Part shown: positions 30,382 through 39,428 of the stretch, in pieces
Position numbering within the stretch: position 1 is the first letter of the stretch
Layout of the letters: every line of letters begins with the position of its first letter
Program-made: the position numbers and the translations under genes
Assembly (NCBI GenBank): GCA_021785175.1
Contig: JAJYGH010000026.1
Coordinates: 67-64,066 of the forward strand
Origin: Chloroflexota bacterium
Lineage (GTDB): Bacteria > Chloroflexota > Limnocylindria > Limnocylindrales > CSP1-4
Direction of reading: 5' to 3'
DNA length: 64,000 nt
The notes under the pieces: generated by a model
Databases searched by the model: none
Told to the model about the DNA's origin: nothing
What the model saw: the letters and a program-made list of their open reading frames with translations, nothing else

Positions 30382-31043
30382 CGCGCCGCCTCAGGATCTC
30401 GTGGCCTGACGACCATCCCTTCGAACGGCGCCCCGCTCCGATCCGGATCCTGGCCGCCTCGGACGAGGCCGACCGATCGCTCGATGACGAGCGCAACCGT
30501 GCGTCGCTCGGGCGTGTCGACCTCGTGGTCGGGTGCGGCGATCTCTCGCCCGAACAGATCGGCTTTCTCGGCGACGCGCTCGGCGCGCCCGTCATCTTCG
30601 TGAAGGGCAATCACGATCGCGGCGGAGCCTGGCGCAACCCGGCCCACGTCCCGACCCCGGCACGCGGGATCGACGCGCGATCGCTCGCCCCGATCCCGCT
30701 GCTCGCGCTGCCGTGGCCGGGGCGCGAGGCCGACGCCGCGCGGCGATCCGAGTCACAGGGGTGGGCCCAGGTGCTGCTTGCGGCGGGACCCTGGCTCCTG
30801 CGTCGCCCGGGCCCCTCGATCGTCGTCAGCCACGCGCCGCCGCTCGGCGCGAACGACAACCCGGCGGATCCCTACCACCGCGGGTTCGCCGCGTACCGCT
30901 TCCTGCTCGACCGGGTGCGCCCGCAGCTCTGGCTGCACGGGCACGCGGCCCTTGCGGAGGCGTCGTCCTGGCACTGCCGCGAAGGCGCGACGACGCTCGT
31001 CAACGTGACCGGGTCCGTCCTCGTCGAGATCGAGCCGCGATGA
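30378..31043 (+). CDS. calcineurin-like metallophosphoesterase
   Basis: Motifs ILAASDE, GCGDL, VKGNHD, VSHAPP, HRGF, LHGH. GTG overlaps the upstream stop. Confidence 0.85.
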   Translation: MTRRLRISWPDDHPFERRPAPIRILAASDEADRSLDDERNRASLGRVDLVVGCGDLSPEQIGFLGDALGAPVIFVKGNHDRGGAWRNPAHVPTPARGIDARSLAPIPLLALPWPGREADAARRSESQGWAQVLLAAGPWLLRRPGPSIVVSHAPPLGANDNPADPYHRGFAAYRFLLDRVRPQLWLHGHAALAEASSWHCREGATTLVNVTGSVLVEIEPR

Positions 31044-32332
31044 TCTCCGAGCCCGTCTCGAGCCGCCGCGCGCGCCGCCAGGGGCTTCTCGGCAACCGGA
31101 ACGTCACGCTCATCATCGTCGCGAGGCTCTTCATGAGCGCGTCGCGGTCGCTCGCCGGCGTCATCACGCCCGTCTACCTCGCGCTCATCGGGTTCAGCGC
31201 GCTCCAGCTCGGCGAGATGGCCGTCGCGGTCGGCATCGTGAGCGCCGTGCTGTCGACAGCGATCGGGCTCACGTCCGACCGCACGGGCCGGAAGCCGTAC
31301 CTGGTCGTCGTGCCGCTGTTCGCCGTGCTCGCCGGCCTCGTGTTCGCCGTCTCGCGGTCGCCGCTCGTGCTCGTCGCCGCCGCCTCGATCGGCAGCTTCG
31401 GGCGCGGGATGGGGGCGGGCGCCGGAGCCGTCGGCCCGTACCAGCCCGCCGAGCAGGCGCTGGTCACGGAGACCACGCCGGCCGCGCGCCGGAACGTCGC
31501 CTTCGGGCGGCTCGCGTTCGCGTCCAGCATGGGCGCGCTCGTCGGTGGGCCGGTGGCGGCGCTGGCGGGGAGCGGGCGGGCCGGAGGCGCTGCGGCGACG
31601 GCCGCCTTCCGCGCTCCCTTCGTCGTGGCGGCGGCGTTCGCGCTGATCGCGGGGCTGCTCGCCCTCGGCCTCGTGGAGTCGCCACGACCCCCCATCCCCG
31701 CAGGCTCCGGTCCGCACCCCCGCCTTCCTCACCGGTCGATGCCGCTGCTGCTCCGGCTCTGGGCCACGAACAGCGTCAACGGGCTCGCCGTCGGCATGTT
31801 CGGCCCGTTCGTGACGTACTGGTTCTTCCGCCGGTACGGCGTCGGTCCCGGGCAGATCGGCGTGCTGTTCGCCGTGATCAACGGAGCGACCGCGCTCTCG
31901 ACCCTGTCCGCCGCGGGCTTCGCGCGCCGCTGGGGCCTCGTCCGTACCGTGACCGTGGTGCGGATCGTCCAGGCGATCCTCATCGTGCCGATGGTGATGG
32001 CGCCGTCGTTCGTGATGGCCGGCGCGATCTACCTCGTCCGGATGGTCGTGCAGCGCATCGGGATGCCGCTTCGGCAGTCCTACGTCCTCGCGATGGCCGA
32101 TCCGGGGGAGCGGGCCGCCGTCGGAGCCCTGTCGAACCTGCCGAGCCAGGCCACGATGGCCGTCGCGCCGATCGCGGCCGGCTACGTGTTCGACGAGGTC
32201 AGCCTGTCGCTGCCGTTCCTGATCGCGGGAACGCTCCAGTTCGTGAACGCGGTCATGTACTGGGGGTTCTTCCGCAACATGCCCCCGGAGGAGGAGATCG
32301 CAGCGCGGGCGACGCCGCGGCCCGAGACGTAG
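31040..32332 (+). CDS. MFS transporter
   Basis: About 12 hydrophobic segments with motif A GLTSDRTGRK. ATG overlaps the upstream stop (ATGA). Confidence 0.85.
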   Translation: MISEPVSSRRARRQGLLGNRNVTLIIVARLFMSASRSLAGVITPVYLALIGFSALQLGEMAVAVGIVSAVLSTAIGLTSDRTGRKPYLVVVPLFAVLAGLVFAVSRSPLVLVAAASIGSFGRGMGAGAGAVGPYQPAEQALVTETTPAARRNVAFGRLAFASSMGALVGGPVAALAGSGRAGGAAATAAFRAPFVVAAAFALIAGLLALGLVESPRPPIPAGSGPHPRLPHRSMPLLLRLWATNSVNGLAVGMFGPFVTYWFFRRYGVGPGQIGVLFAVINGATALSTLSAAGFARRWGLVRTVTVVRIVQAILIVPMVMAPSFVMAGAIYLVRMVVQRIGMPLRQSYVLAMADPGERAAVGALSNLPSQATMAVAPIAAGYVFDEVSLSLPFLIAGTLQFVNAVMYWGFFRNMPPEEEIAARATPRPET

Positions 32333-32350
32333 CTGCGGTGCGGCCGACCG

Positions 32351-32749
32351 TCAGACGGCCATGCCCTGGTCGGCCAGGGCCATCCCGACGGCAGCCAGCA
32401 GCGCTTCCGGGTCGGGCCGTCCGACCAGCGGCCTGACGCGCTCCGGGCCCTCCGTCTCGATCCAGCTCAGGCTCGCGTCGACGTCCGTCAGCACGAGCGG
32501 CAGGTCGGCGTACAGGTCGCGGACGTGAGCCACGAGCTGGCGGCCCGCCTCGCTGCCGCCCGCCGCCCATGCCTCGTAGACGAGCACGTCGGCCCCGTCG
32601 GCGAGCGGGCATGGCAGGTCGTGGACGACCGGGCACGGATAGTTCGTCGGCCCGCCGCAGACCTCGACCTGGTATCCCGCGCCGCGCAGGATCGCGGCCT
32701 GCTCCGCGGCGACGTCCGGCTGGCGGTGGACGACGACGACGCGGGTCAT
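32351..32749 (-). CDS. Cys-containing pseudo-receiver-like protein
   Basis: MTRVVVVH...LRGAGYQVEVCGGPTNYPCPVVHDLPCPLADGADVLVYE...DLPLVLT...ALLAAV follows the receiver beta/alpha pattern without the acidic pocket; AGGAGG RBS. Confidence 0.65.
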   Translation of the reverse strand: MTRVVVVHRQPDVAAEQAAILRGAGYQVEVCGGPTNYPCPVVHDLPCPLADGADVLVYEAWAAGGSEAGRQLVAHVRDLYADLPLVLTDVDASLSWIETEGPERVRPLVGRPDPEALLAAVGMALADQGMAV

Positions 32750-33140
32750 GCGAACCTCCTTCGGCAACGCCGCCGCCGCTCCGGATGCGGCGGCACGTGC
32801 CGCGCTGGGACGTCTGGCGTGCGGTCGAGCCGTACGCTGCCCGCACTCTGCCCCGCCCGGCCCCTCCCGGACAGCGGCAATGGTCCCACACGGGGGAGGC
32901 CACGTGGGCCGTGCCCCCGCTCCGCCGGGTGGCAGCCGCCGGCTCTGCCCGCAACCGTCCCGCTCATTCGCACGACAACCCGATGTGACAGCACCGTGAT
33001 TGCCGCTCAATCGTCACCTGCTCGCGGCCGGGTGCAACGGATGTGTCAGCGACCCGCCGGATGGCTGGCAGGTGGCAACCCGTTTCGTTCGGAGGACGTC
33101 GACCGAAGGGGGAGCCAGGAACGGCAGCGAGCGAGCGCCG

Positions 33141-33698
33141 TCAGTGCCCGTGGGCCGGCGGCACGCGGTGGTAGCGATCCATCAGCCGGACGAGCGCGGC
33201 GCGCGCCTCCGCCCACTCCGCCTGGTCGCCGACCAGCACGGCGTCGGGGCCCCAGCGCGCGACCTGGCCCATCGCCATCAGGAGCGCATTGTGCAGGACT
33301 CGGCGCGAGTGCCCGCCGTCGACCACACCGAGCACGAGGTAGCGCCGCACGAGATCGAATGGCGCCGTCCACCGCTCGACCCGCACGGTGTCGCCTTCGC
33401 GCAGGCTCTCGAGGTACTCGTCGTCACCGACCGGCACCTGTGCGTGCTCGGCCATGTGCCGCACGAGGTCCACCCGCCCGAGCCGAGGGTTGACCAGCGA
33501 GTCGAACCGCCCGTCGGCGCCGGCGTCGCGGTAGCAGACCGGGCACGTGGGCGCCATGTACGGTCGCGGAGCGGCGCCGTAGGGCAACCCGCAGCGGCGG
33601 CAGAACGTCGCGCCCGCGATCGTCGCCTGGACGCCGCACTGCAGGCAGACCGGCAGCGAGGCCGGCGCGGGCGCCTGGCCGCGGCGGAGGAGGCCCAT
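33141..33698 (-). CDS. hypothetical zinc-ribbon protein
   Basis: Three CxxC motifs (CLQC, CRRC, CPVC) and HMAEH. ATG overlaps the upstream TGA. Confidence 0.7.
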   Translation of the reverse strand: MGLLRRGQAPAPASLPVCLQCGVQATIAGATFCRRCGLPYGAAPRPYMAPTCPVCYRDAGADGRFDSLVNPRLGRVDLVRHMAEHAQVPVGDDEYLESLREGDTVRVERWTAPFDLVRRYLVLGVVDGGHSRRVLHNALLMAMGQVARWGPDAVLVGDQAEWAEARAALVRLMDRYHRVPPAHGH

Positions 33699-33925
33699 CA
33701 CGGCAGGCCCGCGAGACGGTCGAGCGCGAGCGCGACCCCGACCATCTCGGTGTACACATCGTCGAGCGTCCCCGACCGGACCACGGCCCGCAGCCGCGCG
33801 CGGAGCTGCCGCGCTTCGCCCGCCTGGTCGCCCCGCTCGAGCGCGGTCAGGCGCGCCAGGAGCTCGCCGCAGGTGGGAAGGCTGTCGGTACTGCCAAGCT
33901 GTTCGAGGGGCGCGCGCTCCTGCAT
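33698..33925 (-). CDS. 75-aa hypothetical helical protein
   Basis: GGAGGA RBS; its stop is coupled (TGATG) to the zinc-ribbon gene. Confidence 0.55.
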   Translation of the reverse strand: MQERAPLEQLGSTDSLPTCGELLARLTALERGDQAGEARQLRARLRAVVRSGTLDDVYTEMVGVALALDRLAGLP

Positions 33926-34062
33926 CGACGGGATTTCCTCCGGGCTCAGGGACCCCCGCAGTACGATCGCACGGCACCAGCGTCAAGTCACCCGACCCCA
34001 GCGGCCCATGCCCGCTGGCCGGTCGTACTACATGCGTCTATCGGTCGCCCGGCCTCAGCCCT

Positions 34063-34281
34063 TCAGATGTGCCAGCGACGGATCCCCTGCCACATCGCCG
34101 CCCGCGCCTGCGCCGACCGGTCGGCGTCGATCGTGCGTTCGGCGTGCCATGAGCGGAGCGGGCCCGGGAGCGGAGGGAGGCGCTGGCCGCAGGCGGGGCA
34201 CGTCGAGCCCCAGTCGCCGCGATCGGAGTTGCAGAACGGGTCCGCTGCGGCCCGGCGAACCCCTGCTCGTGCGTTGTCCAT
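34063..34281 (-). CDS. possible 72-aa protein with CPACG motif
   Basis: MDNARAG...FCNSDRGDWGSTCPACGQRLPP...; fills an otherwise empty gap, but start signals are weak. Confidence 0.3.
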   Translation of the reverse strand: MDNARAGVRRAAADPFCNSDRGDWGSTCPACGQRLPPLPGPLRSWHAERTIDADRSAQARAAMWQGIRRWHI

Positions 34282-34451
34282 GCATCCCAGATTGTGCGCC
34301 AGAGCGGCCGGACGCGTGATCCGCGACCGAACACGCGGACGCGAGCCGCACGCCGGGAGCTGCAAGCAGCGTGGCACGGGCACCGGTTCCGGCGCCGTCC
34401 ATCGCACCGTGAGCCGAGGACTCCCTTTCGCCCCGATTAGGATGGTCCGGG

Positions 34452-36020
34452 ATGCGCAGGATGAATCGCCGTCAGATCGGCGTCCTGGTCGCGGTGGCGG
34501 TCCCGTCGCTTGCCGTCGCGACCCTTGCCGTCGCCGTGCTCGAGGCGCACGTCCACATCCACAACGCCTCGATCGTGTACCTCACGGCGGTCGTCGCGAC
34601 AGCCATCGCCGGCGGGACGCCCGGCGCTGTCGTGGCCGCGGTCGCAGCGTTCCTCCTGTACGACTTCTTCTTCGTCCAGCCGCTGCTCACGCTCACCGTC
34701 CGCGAACCGTCCGAGTGGCTCGGCCTCGTGCTGCTCCTGTTCGTCGGGATCGTCGTCGGGCAGCTGACGGCGCTCCAGCGTGCCCGCGCGGACGAGGCAC
34801 GGGCGAGGGAGCGCGAGGCACGCGCGCTGTACGAGATCACGCGGGAGCTCGCGAACCGTGCCTCCACGCCGGCCGTGCTCACGACGATCGCCGGCGTGCT
34901 CCGCAACGAGACGAGGATGCGGCGCGTCTGGATCTCGCTCGGCGCCGACGACGCGACCGAGCGGGTCGCCGCGGACACCGCCCCCGACGAACGTGCCCCG
35001 GCGGCCGCCACGCAGCGGATCCTCAGGGAGCCGTCGGAAGACGGGCGTGACGAATGGGTGCGCGTGCACGTCCCCACGCTGCCCCGCCGGACCGCCCGAG
35101 CCGAGACGACCGGAGGTGAGACCTACCGGGTGCGGATCCGGGCAGGGACGGCGCAGCTCGGCTCGATCTGGGCGCTCCGCGAGCGGGGACCGGATGACCC
35201 CGACGCGAGCCAGATCCGGCTGCTGCGCGCTGCCGCCGACCAGATCGGGCAGGCCCTCGCGCACGACCGGCTCGTGACCGAGTCCCAGGCCGCCGAGATC
35301 GCGCGGCAGAGCGACGCGCTGAAGTCCGCGCTGCTGCAATCCGTCTCGCACGACCTGCGGACGCCGCTCGCGACGATCCGCGCCGCGGCGGGCACGCTTC
35401 GCCCGGACAGCGGCCTCTCGGCGGACGACCGCCGGGAGAGCGCCGAGGCCATCGACCGCGAGGTCGAGTACCTGAACCGGCTCGTCACGAACCTGCTCGA
35501 CCTGAGCCGCATCGAGGCGGGCGCGCTCCGGGCGGAGCGGGAGGCGTTCGAGCTCGAGGATCTCGTCGGTCGGACGATCGATCGGCTCCGCCCGCGGCTC
35601 GACCAGCATCCGCTCGAGGTCGCGCTCGGCGCACCGCCCGTCCTCGTCGATCCGCTCTTCCTCGACGATGCCCTGACGAACGTCATCGACAACGCCCTCA
35701 AGTACGCGCCGGCGGATGCCCCGCTGCGGATCTCGGCGCGAGAGCTGGACTCGCGACGTGTCCGGCTGACGGTGGAGGACGGGGGCCCCGGCGCGCCCCC
35801 CGAGGCGCTCGACAGGCTGTTCGAGAAGTTCTACCGGGCCGCGGGCACGCGCAGATCGAGGCCTGGCACGGGCATCGGCCTCGCCGTGGTCCGCGGACTC
35901 GTGGACGCGATGGGTGGGCAGGTGCGGGCCCGGCCGAGCGCCCTGGGCGGCCTCGCGATCGATATCGACCTCCCGGTGGCGGCGGCGCCCGCCGGGCCGA
36001 CGGCGGGGCACCGGGCGTGA
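34452..36020 (+). CDS. kdpD: KdpD-type sensor histidine kinase, C-terminal half (4TM DUF4118, GAF-like, HisKA, HATPase)
   Basis: Motifs YDFFFVQP, SVSHDLRTPL, NVIDNALKY, EDGGPG, GTGIGLA. The N-terminal KdpD/USP part is absent. Confidence 0.88.
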   Translation: MRRMNRRQIGVLVAVAVPSLAVATLAVAVLEAHVHIHNASIVYLTAVVATAIAGGTPGAVVAAVAAFLLYDFFFVQPLLTLTVREPSEWLGLVLLLFVGIVVGQLTALQRARADEARAREREARALYEITRELANRASTPAVLTTIAGVLRNETRMRRVWISLGADDATERVAADTAPDERAPAAATQRILREPSEDGRDEWVRVHVPTLPRRTARAETTGGETYRVRIRAGTAQLGSIWALRERGPDDPDASQIRLLRAAADQIGQALAHDRLVTESQAAEIARQSDALKSALLQSVSHDLRTPLATIRAAAGTLRPDSGLSADDRRESAEAIDREVEYLNRLVTNLLDLSRIEAGALRAEREAFELEDLVGRTIDRLRPRLDQHPLEVALGAPPVLVDPLFLDDALTNVIDNALKYAPADAPLRISARELDSRRVRLTVEDGGPGAPPEALDRLFEKFYRAAGTRRSRPGTGIGLAVVRGLVDAMGGQVRARPSALGGLAIDIDLPVAAAPAGPTAGHRA

Positions 36021-36742
36021 CCACCGCGCAGGGGCACGGCGCCGGCGCGACCGTCCTTGTCGTCGAGGACGACGACGAGACCCGAGCGGTGCTCGCGCGG
36101 GAGCTCTCCACGCGCGGGTACCGCGTCGAGGAGGCCGCCGACGGCGCGACGGCGATCCGGCGGTGGGAGGCGCGGCGCCCCGACGTCGTGCTGCTGGACC
36201 TCGGGCTCCCCGATGTCGACGGGCTGCAGGTGATCCGCAGGATCCGGCGGGAGGCCACGACGCCGATCGTGATCCTCTCCGGCCGATACGAGGAGCGCGA
36301 GAAGGTCGAGGCCCTCGAGCGCGGCGCCGACGACTACGTCACGAAGCCATTCGGGGTGGAGGAGCTGCACGCGCGGCTGCGCGTCGCGATGCGGCACGGC
36401 GCCGGGCCGGCGGCCGACCAGCAGGGCCGGCTCGGGTGGGGATCTCTCGTGCTCGAGACGGAGCGCCACGAGGTGCGAGTGGCAGGCGCCCGCGTCGATC
36501 TGTCGCCCATCGAGTTCGAGATCCTGCGGGTCCTGCTCGGGAACACCGGCAGGCTCGTGACCAAGGCGCGGCTGCTGCGGTCCGTGTGGGGCGAGGCGTA
36601 CCAGGGCGAGGACAGCTACGTCTACGTCCACGTCAGCCAGCTCAGGCGCAAGCTCGCCGCGGCGGATCCGGGCGGCGAACTGCGCGGCCTCATCGTGACG
36701 GAGCCCGGGATCGGGTACCGCATCGGCGACCGGCGCCCGTAG
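36017..36742 (+). CDS. kdpE: OmpR-family response regulator KdpE
   Basis: Motifs LLDLGLPDVDG, GADDYVTKPF, LLRSVWG, VHVSQLRRKL, TEPGIGYR; lies in the kdp locus. Confidence 0.9.
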   Translation: MTTAQGHGAGATVLVVEDDDETRAVLARELSTRGYRVEEAADGATAIRRWEARRPDVVLLDLGLPDVDGLQVIRRIRREATTPIVILSGRYEEREKVEALERGADDYVTKPFGVEELHARLRVAMRHGAGPAADQQGRLGWGSLVLETERHEVRVAGARVDLSPIEFEILRVLLGNTGRLVTKARLLRSVWGEAYQGEDSYVYVHVSQLRRKLAAADPGGELRGLIVTEPGIGYRIGDRRP

Positions 36743-36825
36743 GCTGTTTCGGCCACGGTCCGGGACGGACGGGCCGAACGGCTGTCGGCGGACGTCACGG
36801 GCGCAGGCACCGTCCGAACGTGCGG

Positions 36826-36893
36826 CTTTAGACCTCCTTGAGAGGCTCGGTCCGTCCGCCGGGCCGTTTCCTCTTGGCGCCGCCTCCTATCGT
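36826..36893 (+). promoter_or_regulatory. putative KdpE direct-repeat box and leaderless -10 element of the kdp operon
   Basis: CTTTAGA (36826-36832) and CTTGAGA (36837-36843) repeat with 11-bp period. TATCGT (36888-36893) lies 6 nt before ATG 36900. Confidence 0.55.
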
Positions 36894-36899
36894 GGCGAC

Positions 36900-37157
36900 A
36901 TGGCTCTCCCAGACGCGGCACGGGACGATGACGCGGTCGAGGCGCTCGAGCGCGAGTATGCCCTCGTCGGCAGCGCGATCGCCATGGTGCGGTCCGGCGC
37001 CTCCCCGCGCGTGCACGTGTCGGGGCTCCGGTTCGGGCTGCAGATGATCGACTCCGCGAGAAGCCGCGCCGGCCGCGAAGGGCTGCGTGCCGTGCCGCTC
37101 TGGACGGCAGACGGCGCGCTGGACGGCATCGCGATCGAGCGACCGGCTCGTGGCTGA
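36900..37157 (+). CDS. 85-aa hypothetical protein, first gene of the kdp operon
   Basis: Leaderless promoter geometry; its stop overlaps the next gene by 8 nt. Confidence 0.65.
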   Translation: MALPDAARDDDAVEALEREYALVGSAIAMVRSGASPRVHVSGLRFGLQMIDSARSRAGREGLRAVPLWTADGALDGIAIERPARG

Positions 37158-37539
37158 TCGGGGTGTCGTGCTCCTCGTCGAGGATGACGACGACCTGCGC
37201 CGGATCCTGGCACGGCAGCTCCGGGCACGCGGGTACGCCGTCTCGGAGGCCGGCTCGGCCGAGGAGGCCGAGCAGCGGCTCCATGACGAGCCGGCTCCGG
37301 GCCTGGTCATCCTCGACATCAACCTGCCCGGTGACACGGGCTGGGACCTGCTGCGCAGCGACGCGCTCGCGGCGGCCGCCTCGCCGCCCGTGGTGATCGA
37401 GAGCGCCCTGCCCGTCCGCCCCGGCCGGCTGGTCGAGTTCGGGGTCGCCGGGTACCTGCCCAAGCCGTTTCCGCTCGATACACTCATGGATACGGTCGAG
37501 CGCCTGCTCCACAGGAACGAAGCACCCGGGAACGCATGA
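37150..37539 (+). CDS. single-domain response regulator (receiver only)
   Basis: Motifs LLVEDD, ILDINLPG (phospho-Asp), ESA, YLPKPF; no output domain. Confidence 0.85.
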   Translation: MADRGVVLLVEDDDDLRRILARQLRARGYAVSEAGSAEEAEQRLHDEPAPGLVILDINLPGDTGWDLLRSDALAAAASPPVVIESALPVRPGRLVEFGVAGYLPKPFPLDTLMDTVERLLHRNEAPGNA

Positions 37540-37625
37540 CCGACCTGCAGATCCTCTTCATCGGCATCGCCTGCGCCGTCGCATTGGGACTGTACCTGCT
37601 GCTCGTGGAACGGCTTCACCCATGA
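37536..37625 (+). CDS. 29-aa hydrophobic peptide upstream of kdpF (KdpZ/KdpG-like)
   Basis: MTDLQILFIGIACAVALGLYLLLVERLHP, with ATGA overlaps at both ends; absent from the ORF track. Confidence 0.7.
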   Translation: MTDLQILFIGIACAVALGLYLLLVERLHP

Positions 37626-37711
37626 ACCCCATCGACGTCATCGCCGGGATCCTCGTGATCTTCCTGTTCGCGTACCTGATGTGGGCCCTGCTGCGCCCGG
37701 AGGACTTCTGA
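37622..37711 (+). CDS. kdpF: potassium-transporting ATPase subunit F
   Basis: MNPIDVIAGILVIFLFAYLMWALLRPEDF matches the KdpF YLxxALLRPExF motif; 1 nt before kdpA. Confidence 0.88.
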   Translation: MNPIDVIAGILVIFLFAYLMWALLRPEDF

Positions 37712-37712
37712 G

Positions 37713-39428
37713 ATGAGCGCGGGCGACCTCGCGACCCTCGTCACGCTCTTCCTTGCGATCGTCGTCGCGACGCCCCTGTTCGGGACGTACATCTACCGCG
37801 TCATGGAGGGCGAGCGCGTCCTCCTGAGCCCGGTCCTCCGGCCGCTGGAGCGCGCCGTCTACCGCGTCTGCGGCATCGAGGAGACCGGCGAGATGGACTG
37901 GAAGGCATACACCATCTCGGTCCTCGTCATGGCCGCGGTCGCGATCGTGGCCGGCTACGTGGTGCTCCGGCTGCAGAACGTGCTGCCGCTCAACCAGGGA
38001 CACATCCCCGCCCAGTCCCCGGACCTGGCCTTCAACACGTCGGTCAGCTTCGAGACGAACACCGACTGGCAGAACTACTCGGGCGAGACGGGCGCCACGT
38101 ATCTCTCCCAGGCCGGCGTGCTCGCCGTCCGCAACTTCACTTCGGCCGCGACCGGCATGGCCGTCGCGATCGCGCTGTTCCGCGGGCTGACCCGGCGGAG
38201 CGCGAAGACGCTGGGCAACTACTGGGTCGACCTCACGCGGGGGGTCCTCTATGTGCTGCTGCCGGTGTCCGTCGTGGGCGCGCTGGTCCTCGTCTGGCAG
38301 GGCGTACCGCAGACGTGGGAGCCGTCCCAGGTCGTCCACACGCTGCAGGGCGCCGTCCAGACGATCGCGGTCGGACCGGTGGCCTCCCAGGAATGGATCA
38401 AGGAGATGGGCAACAACGGGGGCGGCTTCTTCAACGCCAACTCCGCCCATCCCTTCGAGAACCCCAACGGGCTGACGAACTGGCTCGAGATGTTCGCCCT
38501 CCTGCTGACCGCGTCGTCGCTGACCTTCACGTTCGGGAAGTACGCGGGCAACCAGCGACAGGGCTGGACGATCTTCGCGGCCATGTACGCGATCCTCCTC
38601 GTCGGCGCGATCGCTGCCATGCACCTCGAGTACGCCGGCAACCCGCTGTTCCCCTCCGACGTCCTGCAGGCCGGACTCGGCAACATGGAGGGCAAGGAGG
38701 TCCGCTTCGGATCCGCAGTCAGTGGCCTCTTCGCCGCCATGACGACCGGCACGAGCACCGGCGCGATCAACTCCTGGCACGACAGCCTGATGCCGCTCAC
38801 CGGGCTCGTGCCGCTCTTCAACATGGAGCTGGGTGAGATCACGCCGGGCGGGATCGGCGCCGGCATGTACGGGATGCTGACGATCGGCGCGATCCTCGCC
38901 GTCTTCATCGCCGGGCTGATGGTCGGCCGCACGCCTGAGTACCTCGGCAAGAAGGTCGAGGCGTACGAGATCAAGATGGCGATGCTGACGGCGCTCGTGC
39001 TCGGCGCCAGCATCCTGGGCTTCACGGCGCTCGCGACGGTCACGAAGCCGGGCCTCGCCGGGCCCCTCAATCCGGGGCCGCACGGCTTCAGCGAGATCCT
39101 CTACGCCTTCTCGAGCCAGACGGGCAACAACGGCTCCGCCTTCGCCGGCCTGAACGGCAACACGGTCTTCTACAACATCACCGGTGCGTTCGCGATGCTC
39201 ATCGGCCGCTACGGGATGATCATCCCGATCCTGGCGCTGGCCGGCTCCATGGCCGCCAAGCGCCCTGTCGCCGCGTCGCTCGGCACGTTCCCGACCACGG
39301 GCGTCCTGTGGGTCGTGCTGCTCATCGGCGTCGTGGTCATCGTCGGCGCGCTCACCTTCTTCCCCGCCCTCTCACTCGGGCCGATCGTCGAGCAGCTCCT
39401 CCTGAATGCCGGAAAGGTCTTCCCGTGA
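37713..39428 (+). CDS. kdpA: potassium-transporting ATPase subunit A
   Basis: Motifs [57 protein letters not shown]. Confidence 0.97.
   Translation: MSAGDLATLVTLFLAIVVATPLFGTYIYRVMEGERVLLSPVLRPLERAVYRVCGIEETGEMDWKAYTISVLVMAAVAIVAGYVVLRLQNVLPLNQGHIPAQSPDLAFNTSVSFETNTDWQNYSGETGATYLSQAGVLAVRNFTSAATGMAVAIALFRGLTRRSAKTLGNYWVDLTRGVLYVLLPVSVVGALVLVWQGVPQTWEPSQVVHTLQGAVQTIAVGPVASQEWIKEMGNNGGGFFNANSAHPFENPNGLTNWLEMFALLLTASSLTFTFGKYAGNQRQGWTIFAAMYAILLVGAIAAMHLEYAGNPLFPSDVLQAGLGNMEGKEVRFGSAVSGLFAAMTTGTSTGAINSWHDSLMPLTGLVPLFNMELGEITPGGIGAGMYGMLTIGAILAVFIAGLMVGRTPEYLGKKVEAYEIKMAMLTALVLGASILGFTALATVTKPGLAGPLNPGPHGFSEILYAFSSQTGNNGSAFAGLNGNTVFYNITGAFAMLIGRYGMIIPILALAGSMAAKRPVAASLGTFPTTGVLWVVLLIGVVVIVGALTFFPALSLGPIVEQLLLNAGKVFP

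Noticed and set aside
33930..34450. c-di-AMP (ydaO) riboswitch upstream of the kdp genes
   Set aside because: No recognisable conserved motif by eye, and both kdp units look leaderless or nearly so. An Rfam scan would settle it.
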